DNA of 64,000 bases from Candidatus Cloacimonadales bacterium (GTDB taxonomy: Bacteria > Cloacimonadota > Cloacimonadia > Cloacimonadales > JAIOQZ01). Positions 1-10,163 of the stretch are shown piece by piece. Where the stretch lies: positions 1,216,001-1,280,000 of the forward strand of contig OY762463.1 in NCBI GenBank assembly GCA_963665815.1, written 5' to 3'. The notes beneath the pieces are model-generated. The model searched no databases. It saw only the letters and a program-made list of their open reading frames with translations, and was not told where the DNA came from. A program made the translations under genes and the position numbers. Every line of letters starts with the position of its first letter. Within the stretch, counting starts at the first letter, position 1.

Positions 1-497
1 TCTCTGTGATAAGCAAGAGCAAGAAATTCGTCAACTGCTTTAGCACAACTATAGCTCCAGCGAGAGATATGTGTTGATCCGAGAATTCTGTCATCCTCTT
101 CTGAGAATGGAATTTTATCGCTTTTACCATAAATTTCTGATGTTGAAGTTATAAGCACTTTCTTCTTGTATTTATTTGCAAACTCTAAAACGTTTTCCGT
201 TCCGGTTATGTTTGTCTTAAGCGACATCAATGGGTTATCGATAATATATTTTACCCCCACAGCTGCAGCCAGATGGAATATCTGGTCAGACTGCATAACC
301 AACTTCTCAAGTATTTCTCTGTTCAGAACAGAATCAATGTGATAAGAAAAGTTTCTATTGTTTTTCAAGTGTGAAATATTTGTTAAGCTTCCCGTAGATA
401 AATTATCCAGTATTGTTACTTTATGTCCTGCTTCAAGAAGTGTATCTGCGAGATGAGAACCAATAAAACCAGCTCCTCCGGTTATTAATACTTTCAT
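1..497 (-). CDS. NAD-dependent epimerase/dehydratase (UDP-glucose 4-epimerase/UDP-glucuronate decarboxylase-like); partial, runs off the window
   Basis: Own translation from ATG at 497 (GGAG upstream): MKVLITGGAGFIGSHL...HLAAAVGV...STSEIYGK...WSYSCAKA, with GxxGxxG and YxxxK motifs. Confidence 0.9.
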   Translation of the reverse strand, partial: MKVLITGGAGFIGSHLADTLLEAGHKVTILDNLSTGSLTNISHLKNNRNFSYHIDSVLNREILEKLVMQSDQIFHLAAAVGVKYIIDNPLMSLKTNITGTENVLEFANKYKKKVLITSTSEIYGKSDKIPFSEEDDRILGSTHISRWSYSCAKAVDEFLALAYHR

Positions 498-618
498 ACA
501 TTCTCCAATTTAATATTTATCAACACAGGTCATATTTTGTTATATGACCTGTGTTTACAAGTTCTTCTCCAAGAAGAACGAAAACATGAAAACAACCATG
601 TTTGTCAATATTTCATTT

Positions 619-1263
619 TTAGAAACTAAATCCAACACCTCCGATTATACCAAATCCACCCATATCTACTTCATCCCATACGATACCTGTGTCGGTTTTT
701 TCTACATCTCTTTTCAACTTAGCTCCACTGAATAAAGCACGACCGAATAAGTGAGATTTTTCTCCCAGAGGATATTTTACTCCGGCAGTTATTCTATAAT
801 TGAATCCATGATAGAATTTTACGTCATCTACTTCACCTATCACATCTGCATCATTTTCTGCTGCCCTATAGACATTTTCCCAGAGAAGTCCCCAGCCTGC
901 TTCGAAGCTACCGCAGAAGTTCAATCTCGGATTTATTGGCAGCTCAAGAATAAGGGAAGCATTTACAGGAAAATAATATGTTTTAATATCTACAGATTTT
1001 TCTACTTTTATAACATCTACAATACCAGTAGGATCATCAGCTCCAAGTTCTTTTTCGTCATCATAATTCAGATAGAGCATATCAAACCCTGTTCCGAAAG
1101 TCAATTTACTGTCTATAAACTTTAACTGTCTTACTCCCCAGATAAATCCACCATCAGCGCTTGCAGGCTTAAAGAAACCCCCATGAAATGATGCGCCTTT
1201 TCCAGCACCGAAAACCGGTACAAGTATTGAAAGTAATGCAAGTACTACAATAACCTTTTTCAT
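619..1263 (-). CDS. Putative outer-membrane beta-barrel protein
   Basis: Signal peptide, amphipathic strands, C-terminal GVGFSF. Confidence 0.7.
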   Translation of the reverse strand: MKKVIVVLALLSILVPVFGAGKGASFHGGFFKPASADGGFIWGVRQLKFIDSKLTFGTGFDMLYLNYDDEKELGADDPTGIVDVIKVEKSVDIKTYYFPVNASLILELPINPRLNFCGSFEAGWGLLWENVYRAAENDADVIGEVDDVKFYHGFNYRITAGVKYPLGEKSHLFGRALFSGAKLKRDVEKTDTGIVWDEVDMGGFGIIGGVGFSF

Positions 1264-1272
1264 AACCTCTCC

Positions 1273-2193
1273 TTATTTATTAACTTGAAATGTTGTGTCA
1301 CCGTTTTTGAAATATCCAATAATCTGATTAACTGCTGCGACACCGGCGTTTACGTTAGCCTCAAGTGTTTGAGCTCCCATTTTCTTAGGAGTAAAATAAC
1401 ATCTTTCCGGATATTTCTCAAGCAGTTCATCTTTTATAACAGGTGCTATATCAGATACATATTTGAAATCTTCTCTCTCAGCCAGTACTTTAAGAAGATC
1501 AGCTTCGTTTACAACTTCTTTCCTGGCAGTATTTACTATTGTAGCTCCCGGTTTCATCTGCATCATTAAATCATAATTAATTGATTCTTTTGTTACCGGC
1601 AGGAATGGAAGGTGAAGAGAGATGTATTCGCATTTAGCATAAAGATCATTTATATCTGCTACAGGCTCAACATTATCTTTTTTCATTACTTCAGCATCAA
1701 CAAATGGATCAAATCCATATACTTTCATTCCAAAACCTTCTGCTATTCTTGCAACGTTCTTACCAACATTACCATATGCATGGATACCAATTGATTTTCC
1801 CAATAATTCTGAACCGGATTTGCCGTTAAACTGACCTCTTGCCATATAAACGAGCATACCTAAAACTAATTCTGCAACAGCGTTTGAGTTCTGTCCCGGT
1901 GTATTCATTACAACAACATTGTTCTTTGTTGCTGCTTCCAGATTGACGTTATCGTAACCGGCTCCGGCTCTGACAACTATTTTAAGGTTTTTTGCAGCTT
2001 CAATAACCTCAGGTGTAACCTTATCAGATCTGATAATGATTGCATCCACGTCTTTGACTGCATTTACAAAATCACTTTGCTCTGCATATTTCTCTAAAAG
2101 AACAAGTTCATGTTCTGTTCCTGCTACTATTTCTTTTATGTCTTTAACAGCTTTTGCTGCAAAAGGTTTTTGTGTGGCGACTAATATTTTCAT
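1273..2193 (-). CDS. serA: D-3-phosphoglycerate dehydrogenase (short type)
   Basis: VRAGAGYDNV, NTPGQNSNAVAEL, NTARKEVV. Start moved to MKILVAT (2193, GGAGG RBS); the longer ORF-track start lies inside a MITE. Confidence 0.85.
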   Translation of the reverse strand: MKILVATQKPFAAKAVKDIKEIVAGTEHELVLLEKYAEQSDFVNAVKDVDAIIIRSDKVTPEVIEAAKNLKIVVRAGAGYDNVNLEAATKNNVVVMNTPGQNSNAVAELVLGMLVYMARGQFNGKSGSELLGKSIGIHAYGNVGKNVARIAEGFGMKVYGFDPFVDAEVMKKDNVEPVADINDLYAKCEYISLHLPFLPVTKESINYDLMMQMKPGATIVNTARKEVVNEADLLKVLAEREDFKYVSDIAPVIKDELLEKYPERCYFTPKKMGAQTLEANVNAGVAAVNQIIGYFKNGDTTFQVNK

Positions 2194-2212
2194 TATTCCT
2201 CCAAAACTTTTT

Positions 2213-2327
2213 GAGATCTTTGCAAAATTGAAGTAGTTGACTCGATTTTTGAAATTCATCAAATTCAAAATCTCATCGATACTTTTTAAACCAGAGCTGC
2301 CTGATTTTGCTAATATGCAAAGCTCTC
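2213..2327. mobile_element. MITE-like element, copy 1
   Basis: Terminal IRs GAGATCTTTGCA...TGCAAAGCTCTC; internally similar to 42767-42898. Confidence 0.7.
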
Positions 2328-2434
2328 TTTTTTATTTACGTTTTTCTTAATTTTATTTGTTTAATGGTCAAGAAAAGTTTTCCTGAGATAACAATTTTCT
2401 GTATTCATATGATAAGAAATCTTATTAAAAGAGT

Positions 2435-3148
2435 CTATTTAAACCAGAGTTTACTGAGCTGCGGCAGCAATTCCCCCGCCTTCCCCTGATGAAATTCATT
2501 AAAAAAACCGAAATTATCAGGTTTATCAAGATTAACACCAATTGCATATCCTCCGGAATATCTCACATGCATCAAAAACTGAGCAGCCGGGTAAACAGAA
2601 CCGCTTGTTCCTACAACAAGCAGAATTTCTGTTTTTTCAAGTATTCTGTAGATTTCATCCATGCAATATGGAATTTCCCCGAACCACACAATATCCGGTC
2701 TTAAAACTCCTCCACATTTACATTCCGGGATCTCATCACTAAGATCAATGTCTTCCATTTTATATCTGGTATTACAATCAGTACAGAAACATCTATCCAG
2801 AGCTCCATGCATTTCAATAACTCTTTTGCATCCACTTCTTAAATGCAGACCATCAACATTCTGGGTTATTAGATTAAAGCCTTCACCAAGCTTTTCTTCG
2901 ACATCCTTTAATGTGCTATGAGCAGCGTTAGGCTGGGCTGACAAAGAGTCTTTATAACGATACTTATAGAATCTCCATACCATTTCGGGATTTCTCTCAA
3001 ATGCTTCAGGAGTAGCAACTTCTTCCATTCTGTGGTTTTCCCATAAACCATTATTACCTCTGAAAGTTGCAATACCGGATTCTGCACTTATTCCTGCTCC
3101 GGTCAGAACAGTCATACGGGCATTATCAGGAATTCTTATACTTCTCAT
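2435..3148 (-). CDS. cobB: NAD-dependent deacylase (sirtuin)
   Basis: GAGISAESGIATFRG, TQNVDGLH, HG, CxxC pairs, RPDIVWFGE, GTSGSVYPA. Confidence 0.95.
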   Translation of the reverse strand: MRSIRIPDNARMTVLTGAGISAESGIATFRGNNGLWENHRMEEVATPEAFERNPEMVWRFYKYRYKDSLSAQPNAAHSTLKDVEEKLGEGFNLITQNVDGLHLRSGCKRVIEMHGALDRCFCTDCNTRYKMEDIDLSDEIPECKCGGVLRPDIVWFGEIPYCMDEIYRILEKTEILLVVGTSGSVYPAAQFLMHVRYSGGYAIGVNLDKPDNFGFFNEFHQGKAGELLPQLSKLWFK

Positions 3149-3885
3149 AATCCCCTTTCCACAGGTTTTATCTTACTGAACTGCTGAACCGCTTCTATTT
3201 TTGAAGATGCAAATTCCAAGTATGGCCCTTCAAATACTTTTCTCCCATCATGAAGACATATCACTCTGTTTGCTGCCCTGTGCAGACAACGTAGATCATG
3301 TGTTATAACTATTGAAGTAATATCAAGCTCTTTCTGAAGACTTATAATCAAATCTGTAATATCGTCTGAAATAACAGGGTCAAGCCCTGTTGTAGGCTCG
3401 TCATATATAAGATACTTTGGATTCTGAATAATAGATCTCGCAAGTGCAACTCGTCTCTGCATACCACCACTTAACTCCGATGGCATTTTATTTAGAACAT
3501 CACTGAGTCCAACTCGCTCAAGAACAGCAGCTACCTGTTTCTTAAGTTCACTGTCGTTTTTCTTACCATGCTCTATCAATGGGAGTGCCACATTCTGGAA
3601 AACATTCAGATAATCAAGCAATGCGGAATTCTGAAAAACTATGGAAATTTTCTTCCTGATCTCAGTCATCTGTTTGTAAGACAAATCTGTTAAAAGTATA
3701 TTATCAAATATAATCTCACCTGAGCTTAAATCTATTAATCTTAGTAGACTCTTCATGAGAACACTTTTACCCGTTCCGCTTTTACCGACAATTGCAGTAA
3801 TGCAATTCTCTGGAATAACACAGGATATATTCTCAAGTACAGGGATGTTATCAAAACTTATGCTGACATTATTAAACTCTATCAT
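3145..3885 (-). CDS. ABC transporter ATP-binding protein, MlaF/Mkl-like
   Basis: GKSGTGKS, LSGGMQRRVALAR, YDEPTTGLDP, ITHD. Confidence 0.85.
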   Translation of the reverse strand: MIEFNNVSISFDNIPVLENISCVIPENCITAIVGKSGTGKSVLMKSLLRLIDLSSGEIIFDNILLTDLSYKQMTEIRKKISIVFQNSALLDYLNVFQNVALPLIEHGKKNDSELKKQVAAVLERVGLSDVLNKMPSELSGGMQRRVALARSIIQNPKYLIYDEPTTGLDPVISDDITDLIISLQKELDITSIVITHDLRCLHRAANRVICLHDGRKVFEGPYLEFASSKIEAVQQFSKIKPVERGL

Positions 3886-4015
3886 AATTTAAACATCACA
3901 AAACTAAATTATTTTTGTCAATCCTATTTCCATTAAATTACTGACAGTCCTTATTGAAAAAGAAAAAAACTCAAATTTCTGCTTAATAATACGGGATAAA
4001 CGTCGAATATATAAT

Positions 4016-4070
4016 GAGAGCTTTGCATATAGCAAAGTCGAGTCAAATACTCCCATTAAGCAAAGATCTC
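4016..4070. mobile_element. MITE-like element, minimal copy 2
   Basis: GAGAGCTTTGCA...GCAAAGATCTC; the two halves match the reverse complement of the two ends of copy 1. Confidence 0.7.
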
Positions 4071-4100
4071 AATTATATAATCCAGGGAAAGGAAAATATT

Positions 4101-4535
4101 ATGAGTACGATGAAAGCTACTTCAGCAAAATCTGTCTCAGCAGAATACTATGGACAGTATCCGGAAAAGACAATTGACGTAAACAGCACAAATGAGGCAG
4201 CTGCCGACAGAAGAAAAGATCAGGACCTTCTGGGGAAATCATTAAAATGGTTTTCCATTGTCAGCTGGGCTATTACTTATGTGATTTTTCTCATTGTTGA
4301 TGAGGGAAACAAAATTGCAGGCAATTTCCTGTCTACTACAGCCACTCACAACTACAGATTTTCAGGAATAACAGAGCATTTACTATTTGGTCTGCTTGTT
4401 ATTGGACTGATTATAAGTGGAACAGGTATTATAATTAACTTTAAAAGAGCAAGACGCAAATCAGAGAAACTAAGATTCTCACTTGTTCTTCCAGGTCTGA
4501 TCTCGCTGACCGGACTGATATTCTTTTCTATTTGA
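4101..4535 (+). CDS. Small 3-TM membrane protein, paralog of 22619-22990
   Basis: Three hydrophobic segments and INFKRARRKSEK; start moved to MSTMK at 4101 (AGGA upstream). Confidence 0.7.
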   Translation: MSTMKATSAKSVSAEYYGQYPEKTIDVNSTNEAAADRRKDQDLLGKSLKWFSIVSWAITYVIFLIVDEGNKIAGNFLSTTATHNYRFSGITEHLLFGLLVIGLIISGTGIIINFKRARRKSEKLRFSLVLPGLISLTGLIFFSI

Positions 4536-5814
4536 TTAGAACACCATCCTTATAAAGAGATACAGGTATACCATTAATTATTTCGTCGGGATGTTTATCA
4601 TTTTCTCTGTAGATGCGAATGTAATGATCCGATAATGCCGTAGCTATTCCTGAGTCTGAATTCTCATACACTCCTGAAAGATATATCTGCTGATTCAGCA
4701 GCAATTCTTTATAGACTGTTGTCTTTTCTTCTGACAGTCTATGAAGAGTATTACTTCGATTTTTTTTATCATCTGAGCTTATCTGACCCTTCATTTTTTC
4801 TGCCAGAGTTCCCTTCCTTCTTGAATATGTAAATACATGCAGGTATGTGAACTTCAGTCCTCGTAAAAATGAAAGAGCTTTTTCAAACAGTTCTTCAGTT
4901 TCTCCTGGTAATCCCGCAATAATATCAATCCCAATTGCAGGGTTGTTGTAATACTGATTTAAATTCCTGATAACATTACTGAACAATTCAGTATTGTATT
5001 GCCTTCTCATCAATTTAAGAATCTCATCAGTTCCATTCTGAAGTGGAATATGAAAATGAGGAACAACTTTTTTTATCTTAGAAAGCCTTTTAATGAATTC
5101 CTCTGTAAAAAGCTGAGGTTCTATAGAACTTAACCGGATAAAATCAAGATCATCTATTCTGCTAATTTCCTCAATCAGATCTATCAGTTTATAGCGTTCA
5201 TTATCCGGATCATTATATAATCCAAGATTGATACCGCCAAGAACCACTTCTCTGTAGCCATTTTCTGTAAGCAGTTTTATCTGATTCAGTGCGTCCCCAG
5301 GTCTTCGTGATCGCGAATGCCCTCTGGCATATGGTATTGCACAATAAGCACAGTAGTAATCGCAACCATCCTGCACCTTAACAAAAGCCCGTGATTTTTC
5401 CAGCATTATACCTGTAGAATGCTCAGAGAAATTTTTCTGTTGCAGAATATCACAGAAACTAACACTCTCAGACTGTTTTACAAAATCTATAACTCTGTTT
5501 TTACTGTTATTGTCTATCACACAATCAACATCTCCCAAAGATAGAATCTCATCTCTGCTTCTCTGAGAATAACATCCTGTTACAATTACTTTCACATCAT
5601 GATTACGCTTTTTAACTTTCAGAGCCTTTCGCACAGCATTTCTGCTTTTGAAGTCTGTTCTGGCAGTCACAGTACAGGTATTAACCACATATACATCTGC
5701 CTGTTCTCTGAAACTGACAGGAGTATATCCTTGTTTCTTGAAATCCTCAGCAATACATGAAGATTCATATTGATTTATCTTACAGCCAAAAGTGGCAATT
5801 GCAATTTTTTTCAT
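4528..5814 (-). CDS. mtaB: tRNA t6A37 methylthiotransferase MtaB
   Basis: TFGCKINQYES, NTCTVT, KVQDGCDYYCAYCAIPYARGHSRSR, HVFTYSRRKGT. Confidence 0.9.
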   Translation of the reverse strand: MKKIAIATFGCKINQYESSCIAEDFKKQGYTPVSFREQADVYVVNTCTVTARTDFKSRNAVRKALKVKKRNHDVKVIVTGCYSQRSRDEILSLGDVDCVIDNNSKNRVIDFVKQSESVSFCDILQQKNFSEHSTGIMLEKSRAFVKVQDGCDYYCAYCAIPYARGHSRSRRPGDALNQIKLLTENGYREVVLGGINLGLYNDPDNERYKLIDLIEEISRIDDLDFIRLSSIEPQLFTEEFIKRLSKIKKVVPHFHIPLQNGTDEILKLMRRQYNTELFSNVIRNLNQYYNNPAIGIDIIAGLPGETEELFEKALSFLRGLKFTYLHVFTYSRRKGTLAEKMKGQISSDDKKNRSNTLHRLSEEKTTVYKELLLNQQIYLSGVYENSDSGIATALSDHYIRIYRENDKHPDEIINGIPVSLYKDGVLIK

Positions 5815-5881
5815 GTTTCCTCTTTGGAATCCAGTTTTGCTTATTCTTATTTTAGAGCAAGAAAAGTTTTGAAATAAATGA

Positions 5882-5977
5882 AAGAACTTAGCATAATTAA
5901 ATAGTCAACATCAACGCCACAGAATCATGTTTTATTATAAAGCTAATACATTGAACCATGTTTTTTGCTAAGTTTCT
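5882..5977. mobile_element. Possible diverged MITE-like element, copy 3
   Basis: IR AGAACTTAGCA...TGCTAAGTTTCT; shares TTAGCATAATT with copies 4 and 5; interior not obviously homologous. Confidence 0.4.
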
Positions 5978-6121
5978 ATTTTAGAATTTTAAGCATTGAA
6001 GAACTTTCTTTATTAAGTCATTAATATAACAGAGTCCATAAAGTCAGAACAGAATGAACTCACTAATATACAAAAACCTTATCATTTATGTCAATATTCA
6101 AACAGATGTGAAAGAAAAAAT

Positions 6122-6149
6122 TTGACATTCATCAAATACCTGCTATAAT
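6122..6149 (+). promoter_or_regulatory. sigma70-type promoter of ridA
   Basis: TTGACA-16 nt-TATAAT with extended TG at -15/-14. Confidence 0.7.
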
Positions 6150-6168
6150 GTAAAAAACAGATGGAGGA

Positions 6169-6543
6169 ATGATGAAAGCAATCCATGTTTCCAATGCACC
6201 AAATGCTATAGGTCCATATTCACAAGCAGTTTGTCACAAAGGAATGATGTTTGTATCCGGACAAATTGGTATTGATCCTAAATACAATAAACTTGAAGAA
6301 GGATTCGAAAGTCAGGTGGAAATGATTTTTTCAAATTTATCAAAGATTCTGGAGGCAAATTCGCTTTCATTAATTGATATTGTGAAAGTGTCCGTATTTA
6401 TTAAAGACCTTAGTAAATTTTCAATTCTGAATGAAATCTACGCTAAGTACATACATGAACCCTATCCTGCCAGAGAAGTAATAGAAGTCAGTCGTCTGCC
6501 TATGGATGCAGATGTAGAAATTTCTGTAATAGCAATGGGATAG
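6169..6543 (+). CDS. ridA: RidA/YjgF enamine deaminase
   Basis: APNAIGPYSQA, SGQIG, PAR, LPMDADVEI. Confidence 0.92.
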   Translation: MMKAIHVSNAPNAIGPYSQAVCHKGMMFVSGQIGIDPKYNKLEEGFESQVEMIFSNLSKILEANSLSLIDIVKVSVFIKDLSKFSILNEIYAKYIHEPYPAREVIEVSRLPMDADVEISVIAMG

Positions 6544-6585
6544 AAACATACATAATTTTTTTTAACCCACATAAATACTCTGCTC

Positions 6586-6615
6586 AAGGGAAGCTTACAG
6601 GCTTCCCTTTCTCTT
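6586..6615 (+). terminator. Intrinsic terminator after ridA
   Basis: Hairpin AAGGGAAGC-ttacag-GCTTCCCTT followed by a T-rich tract. Confidence 0.55.
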
Positions 6616-6778
6616 GTCCTCTTACTGTTTACATAATAAGAAACATGAACAATCAAGAAATCATTTGACTATTCTTTTTCAAAAACACTGATGGTTCTAT
6701 AATTATTTATGGAGTAATAGTTGCAACTGAGCAAAATGCAGATACATAAAAATCATCATTATACGGAGAATACTGAAA

Positions 6779-8227
6779 GTGCTGTTTAACTCTCTGGATT
6801 TCGGTATATTTCTCCCTGTAGTATTCATATTATACTGGTTTGTTTTTAACAAAAACCTTAGACTTCAGAATACTCTGATTGTAGTATCAAGCTACATATT
6901 TTACGGATGGTGGGACTGGAGATTTACATCTCTGATTTTGTTCAGTACAGTTGTTGATTATTTTGTGGGTTTACGTCTCAGAAACGAGAAAAGTACAGCA
7001 AAAAGGAAATTCCTACTTCTAACATCTATCATCATTAACCTTGGATTCCTCGGAATCTTCAAATATTATAATTTCTTTGCAGAAAACTTTGTGCAGGCTT
7101 TCACTCTACTGGGATTCAGCATAAAAAAAAGCTCTTTGAATATTATTCTACCAGTAGGAATCAGTTTCTATACATTTCAAACCCTCAGCTACACTATTGA
7201 TGTTTACAGAAAAAAACTAGAACCTACATCAGACTTTGTAGCATTTTCTGCATTTGTCAGCTTTTTCCCCCAACTCGTAGCCGGACCTATTGAAAGAGCC
7301 TCTCATCTTCTCCCTCAATTCTACAGAGAAAGAAAATTCTCGTATTATGAATCGGTAATAGGAATGAGACAGATTTTGTGGGGGCTTGTAAAAAAAATCG
7401 TTATCGCAGATAACTGCTCGGATCTGGCAAATTTCTGCTTTAATAATTCAGCAGACCTTCCGGGATCAACCTTGCTTCTCGGTTCAATCTTTTTTGCATT
7501 CCAGATTTTCGGAGACTTCTCAGGATATTCGGATATTGCCATAGGTACTGCCCGTTTATTCGGTTTTAAACTTATGAGAAACTTTGCATATCCTTATTTT
7601 TCAAGAGATATTTCAGAGTTCTGGCGAAGATGGCATATATCTCTTTCATCCTGGTTCAGAGACTATATATATATCCCTCTTGGTGGTAGCAGAATATCAA
7701 TGGCAGGAAAAATAAGAAATACGTTTATCATCTTTCTCGTCAGTGGATTCTGGCATGGTGCAAACTGGACTTTTATCATGTGGGGAGCGGTAAATGCTCT
7801 ATATTTCATGCCCCTGATGCTTTCCAGCCGAAACAGAAAATATATGGGTATTGTTGCTGAGGGAAAGCTGTTTCCGACATTTGGAGAAGCCTTCAGTATA
7901 ATATCAACATTCCTGCTGACCTGTCTTGCCTGGATTTTTTTCAGAGCGGAAAACCTCTCACATGCTTTCAGGTATCTGAGAGAGATTTTTTCTCCTTCAA
8001 TAATAATCAGACCCGTATTTAAAGGAATATCAAATGCAGGACTCGCCTTTGTACTTGTTGTAGTTTTTATCATAGTAGAATGGCTGGGAAGAGAAAACAG
8101 CTTTGCAATTGAAAAGTTGTTTGAAGAGAAACACCCGGTATTCAGATTTTTAATTTACTATATTCTTATTGCAGTAATCATCTGGACAGGTGGTTCACAG
8201 CAGGAATTCATTTATTTTCAGTTTTGA
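6779..8227 (+). CDS. MBOAT O-acyltransferase (AlgI/DltB family)
   Basis: LPVGISFYTFQ, FFPQLVAGPIER, DFSGYSDIAIG, FWRRWHISLS, SGFWHGANWTF, C-terminal FIYFQF. Confidence 0.92.
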   Translation: MLFNSLDFGIFLPVVFILYWFVFNKNLRLQNTLIVVSSYIFYGWWDWRFTSLILFSTVVDYFVGLRLRNEKSTAKRKFLLLTSIIINLGFLGIFKYYNFFAENFVQAFTLLGFSIKKSSLNIILPVGISFYTFQTLSYTIDVYRKKLEPTSDFVAFSAFVSFFPQLVAGPIERASHLLPQFYRERKFSYYESVIGMRQILWGLVKKIVIADNCSDLANFCFNNSADLPGSTLLLGSIFFAFQIFGDFSGYSDIAIGTARLFGFKLMRNFAYPYFSRDISEFWRRWHISLSSWFRDYIYIPLGGSRISMAGKIRNTFIIFLVSGFWHGANWTFIMWGAVNALYFMPLMLSSRNRKYMGIVAEGKLFPTFGEAFSIISTFLLTCLAWIFFRAENLSHAFRYLREIFSPSIIIRPVFKGISNAGLAFVLVVVFIIVEWLGRENSFAIEKLFEEKHPVFRFLIYYILIAVIIWTGGSQQEFIYFQF

Positions 8228-8229
8228 TT

Positions 8230-9087
8230 ATGAAGAAATTTTTCAGCAGACTTCTAATATTCCTTATTCCGATAATGCTTTTCATCATCGGAACACTTCT
8301 ATTTTATTACATGAGAAGACAAAGTGTTATCAAAGAAGCAGACAAAATTGCTCAGTATAGTATTGTTATCATGGGAGATTCCCAGATGCAGCGTCTGAAA
8401 TCGAACTTATTCCCGGATTGTTATAATTTTGCCGGTTCCGGTGAGCACTACTATTTCACTTACCAGAAACTGAATACTCTCCTGAAAAACAAAAATCATA
8501 GTATAAAAAAAATATTCCTTAATTGCGGTCCCCACGAATTCTCTCCAGCATACAGCAGAAAACTGGAATTCTCAGGCAATATGGGCAAAGCTGATTTGAA
8601 AAAACATCTCTATTTCATCAGCAGTTTCGATAACAACATATTGCATGTAAAAGATCTGGTGAGTTTCAAGATTATTGCCGATATATATTCAAAACCTGAC
8701 TGGGGTGGTGATTATTCTTCTACAGCTTCGAATCCGGATTCTTCAATAATTCACGCAATTTATAGAAAGCACTTTGACCGAAGTGAAAGAGAGCCTGAGT
8801 TTGCTGAAAAGCAGATTATATATCTTAAGAAAATCGTGTCTTTATGCCTTGACAGCAATATTGAACTGGTATTGATTTCCATGCCGTACCATTCAGATTA
8901 TTATGACATGATAGATCAGAAATATCTTCAATATTATAAGGATGTTATTAATAATGTGAATCAGGTTGAACTCATTAATCTGATGAATGCAGTTCCCGAT
9001 CCATCTTTGATGTCCGACGCAACTCACTTGAACGATGATGGAGTGGAGAAGATTGTGGATGAATACCTACTGAAAGAGGCAAAATAA
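8230..9087 (+). CDS. Membrane-anchored SGNH-like protein (AlgJ/DltD-like partner of the MBOAT)
   Basis: N-terminal TM, MGDSQ and DATH (DxxH) motifs, directly after the MBOAT. Confidence 0.65.
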   Translation: MKKFFSRLLIFLIPIMLFIIGTLLFYYMRRQSVIKEADKIAQYSIVIMGDSQMQRLKSNLFPDCYNFAGSGEHYYFTYQKLNTLLKNKNHSIKKIFLNCGPHEFSPAYSRKLEFSGNMGKADLKKHLYFISSFDNNILHVKDLVSFKIIADIYSKPDWGGDYSSTASNPDSSIIHAIYRKHFDRSEREPEFAEKQIIYLKKIVSLCLDSNIELVLISMPYHSDYYDMIDQKYLQYYKDVINNVNQVELINLMNAVPDPSLMSDATHLNDDGVEKIVDEYLLKEAK

Positions 9088-9184
9088 TTCTCTGCTTCAG
9101 TTTCTATATACAAGAAAATTTTTCCTCACTTACATGATATTTTCGGATAATTCTCACTAATAAGACCATATCAGCATAAAATCT

Positions 9185-9201
9185 TTGGCATTGGTATTGC
9201 A
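9185..9201 (+). promoter_or_regulatory. sigma54 (-24/-12) promoter upstream of flgB
   Basis: TTGGCATTGGTATTGCA: GG(9187-88)-N10-GC(9199-9200). Confidence 0.75.
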
Positions 9202-9223
9202 TATATAAATGTCGGAGGTTTCA

Positions 9224-9637
9224 ATGGTAACTGATATATTATTCGGTCGAAACAGTATTCCTGACATGGAAAAAGCACTTGATGCCTATTCAATGCGTCA
9301 GAAAGTAATAGCAAACAACATTGCTAACGTTAATACACCTTGTTTTAAGGCAAAACGTGTAGCATTTGAAGAAGAGTATGCTAAGCATCTCAAGAAAGCT
9401 TCCATAGGTTCTAAAACTACAGATTCATCACATATTCCACTTGGTATGCGCACTCTTGATAAAGTAACTCCAAGGGTTGAGGATGCTGCTACTTCAATGA
9501 ATGACAGTGGAATAAACAATGTAGATATCGATAAAGAAATGGCAGAACTCGCCAAAAATAATATTCGTTATGAAATGACAATTAATCTGCTGAAAAAGCG
9601 ATTCAAAAACCTTCAATCCAGTATAAAAGGCAGATAA
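9224..9637 (+). CDS. flgB: Flagellar basal-body rod protein FlgB
   Basis: RQKVIANNIANVNTP, NNVDIDKEMAELAKN; ATG at 9224 follows a GGAGG RBS. Confidence 0.93.
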   Translation: MVTDILFGRNSIPDMEKALDAYSMRQKVIANNIANVNTPCFKAKRVAFEEEYAKHLKKASIGSKTTDSSHIPLGMRTLDKVTPRVEDAATSMNDSGINNVDIDKEMAELAKNNIRYEMTINLLKKRFKNLQSSIKGR

Positions 9638-9648
9638 GGAAGTAAATT

Positions 9649-10146
9649 ATGATATCATCACTTTTTAACGCAATAGATATAGCCTCTTCCGGTATAGCTG
9701 TACAACGCACAAGAGTTAATACAATTTCTGAGAATATTGCTAATGCACAAACTACAAAAACCGATGATGGTTCACCATACAGAAGAAAAATCCCTGTTAT
9801 TCAGACAGGTGATCCAAATATGAAGTTTTCTGATATTTTCCATAAGAATCAGTTAAAAATGGAGCAGACAGAAAATACTCATATGGAAGACAAACCTTTT
9901 AAAGACCTTAAAAAATGTAATCTGACAGGTGTACATGTATCTGAAGTTGTCGAAGATCAATCACCTTATAAAATGGTGTATGACCCACATCATCCGGACG
10001 CAGATGACAAAGGTTATGTTGCAATGCCTAATGTAAACATTGTTCAGGAGATGACAGATCTGATTTCTGCAACAAGAACTTTCGAAGCAAATGTAACAAC
10101 CCTTAACAGCAGTAAGGACATGATTAGAAAAGCCCTTAAGATATAG
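9649..10146 (+). CDS. flgC: Flagellar basal-body rod protein FlgC
   Basis: ISENIANAQTT, PYRRK, YDPHHPDADDKGYVAMPNVNIVQEMTDLISATRTFEAN. Confidence 0.95.
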   Translation: MISSLFNAIDIASSGIAVQRTRVNTISENIANAQTTKTDDGSPYRRKIPVIQTGDPNMKFSDIFHKNQLKMEQTENTHMEDKPFKDLKKCNLTGVHVSEVVEDQSPYKMVYDPHHPDADDKGYVAMPNVNIVQEMTDLISATRTFEANVTTLNSSKDMIRKALKI

Positions 10147-10163
10147 GCTTATAAGAGGTTATA

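Noticed and set aside
2194-2268. N-terminal extension of serA in the ORF track (likewise 4014-4100)
   Set aside because: The extensions run through MITE copies; better RBS-backed starts lie downstream.
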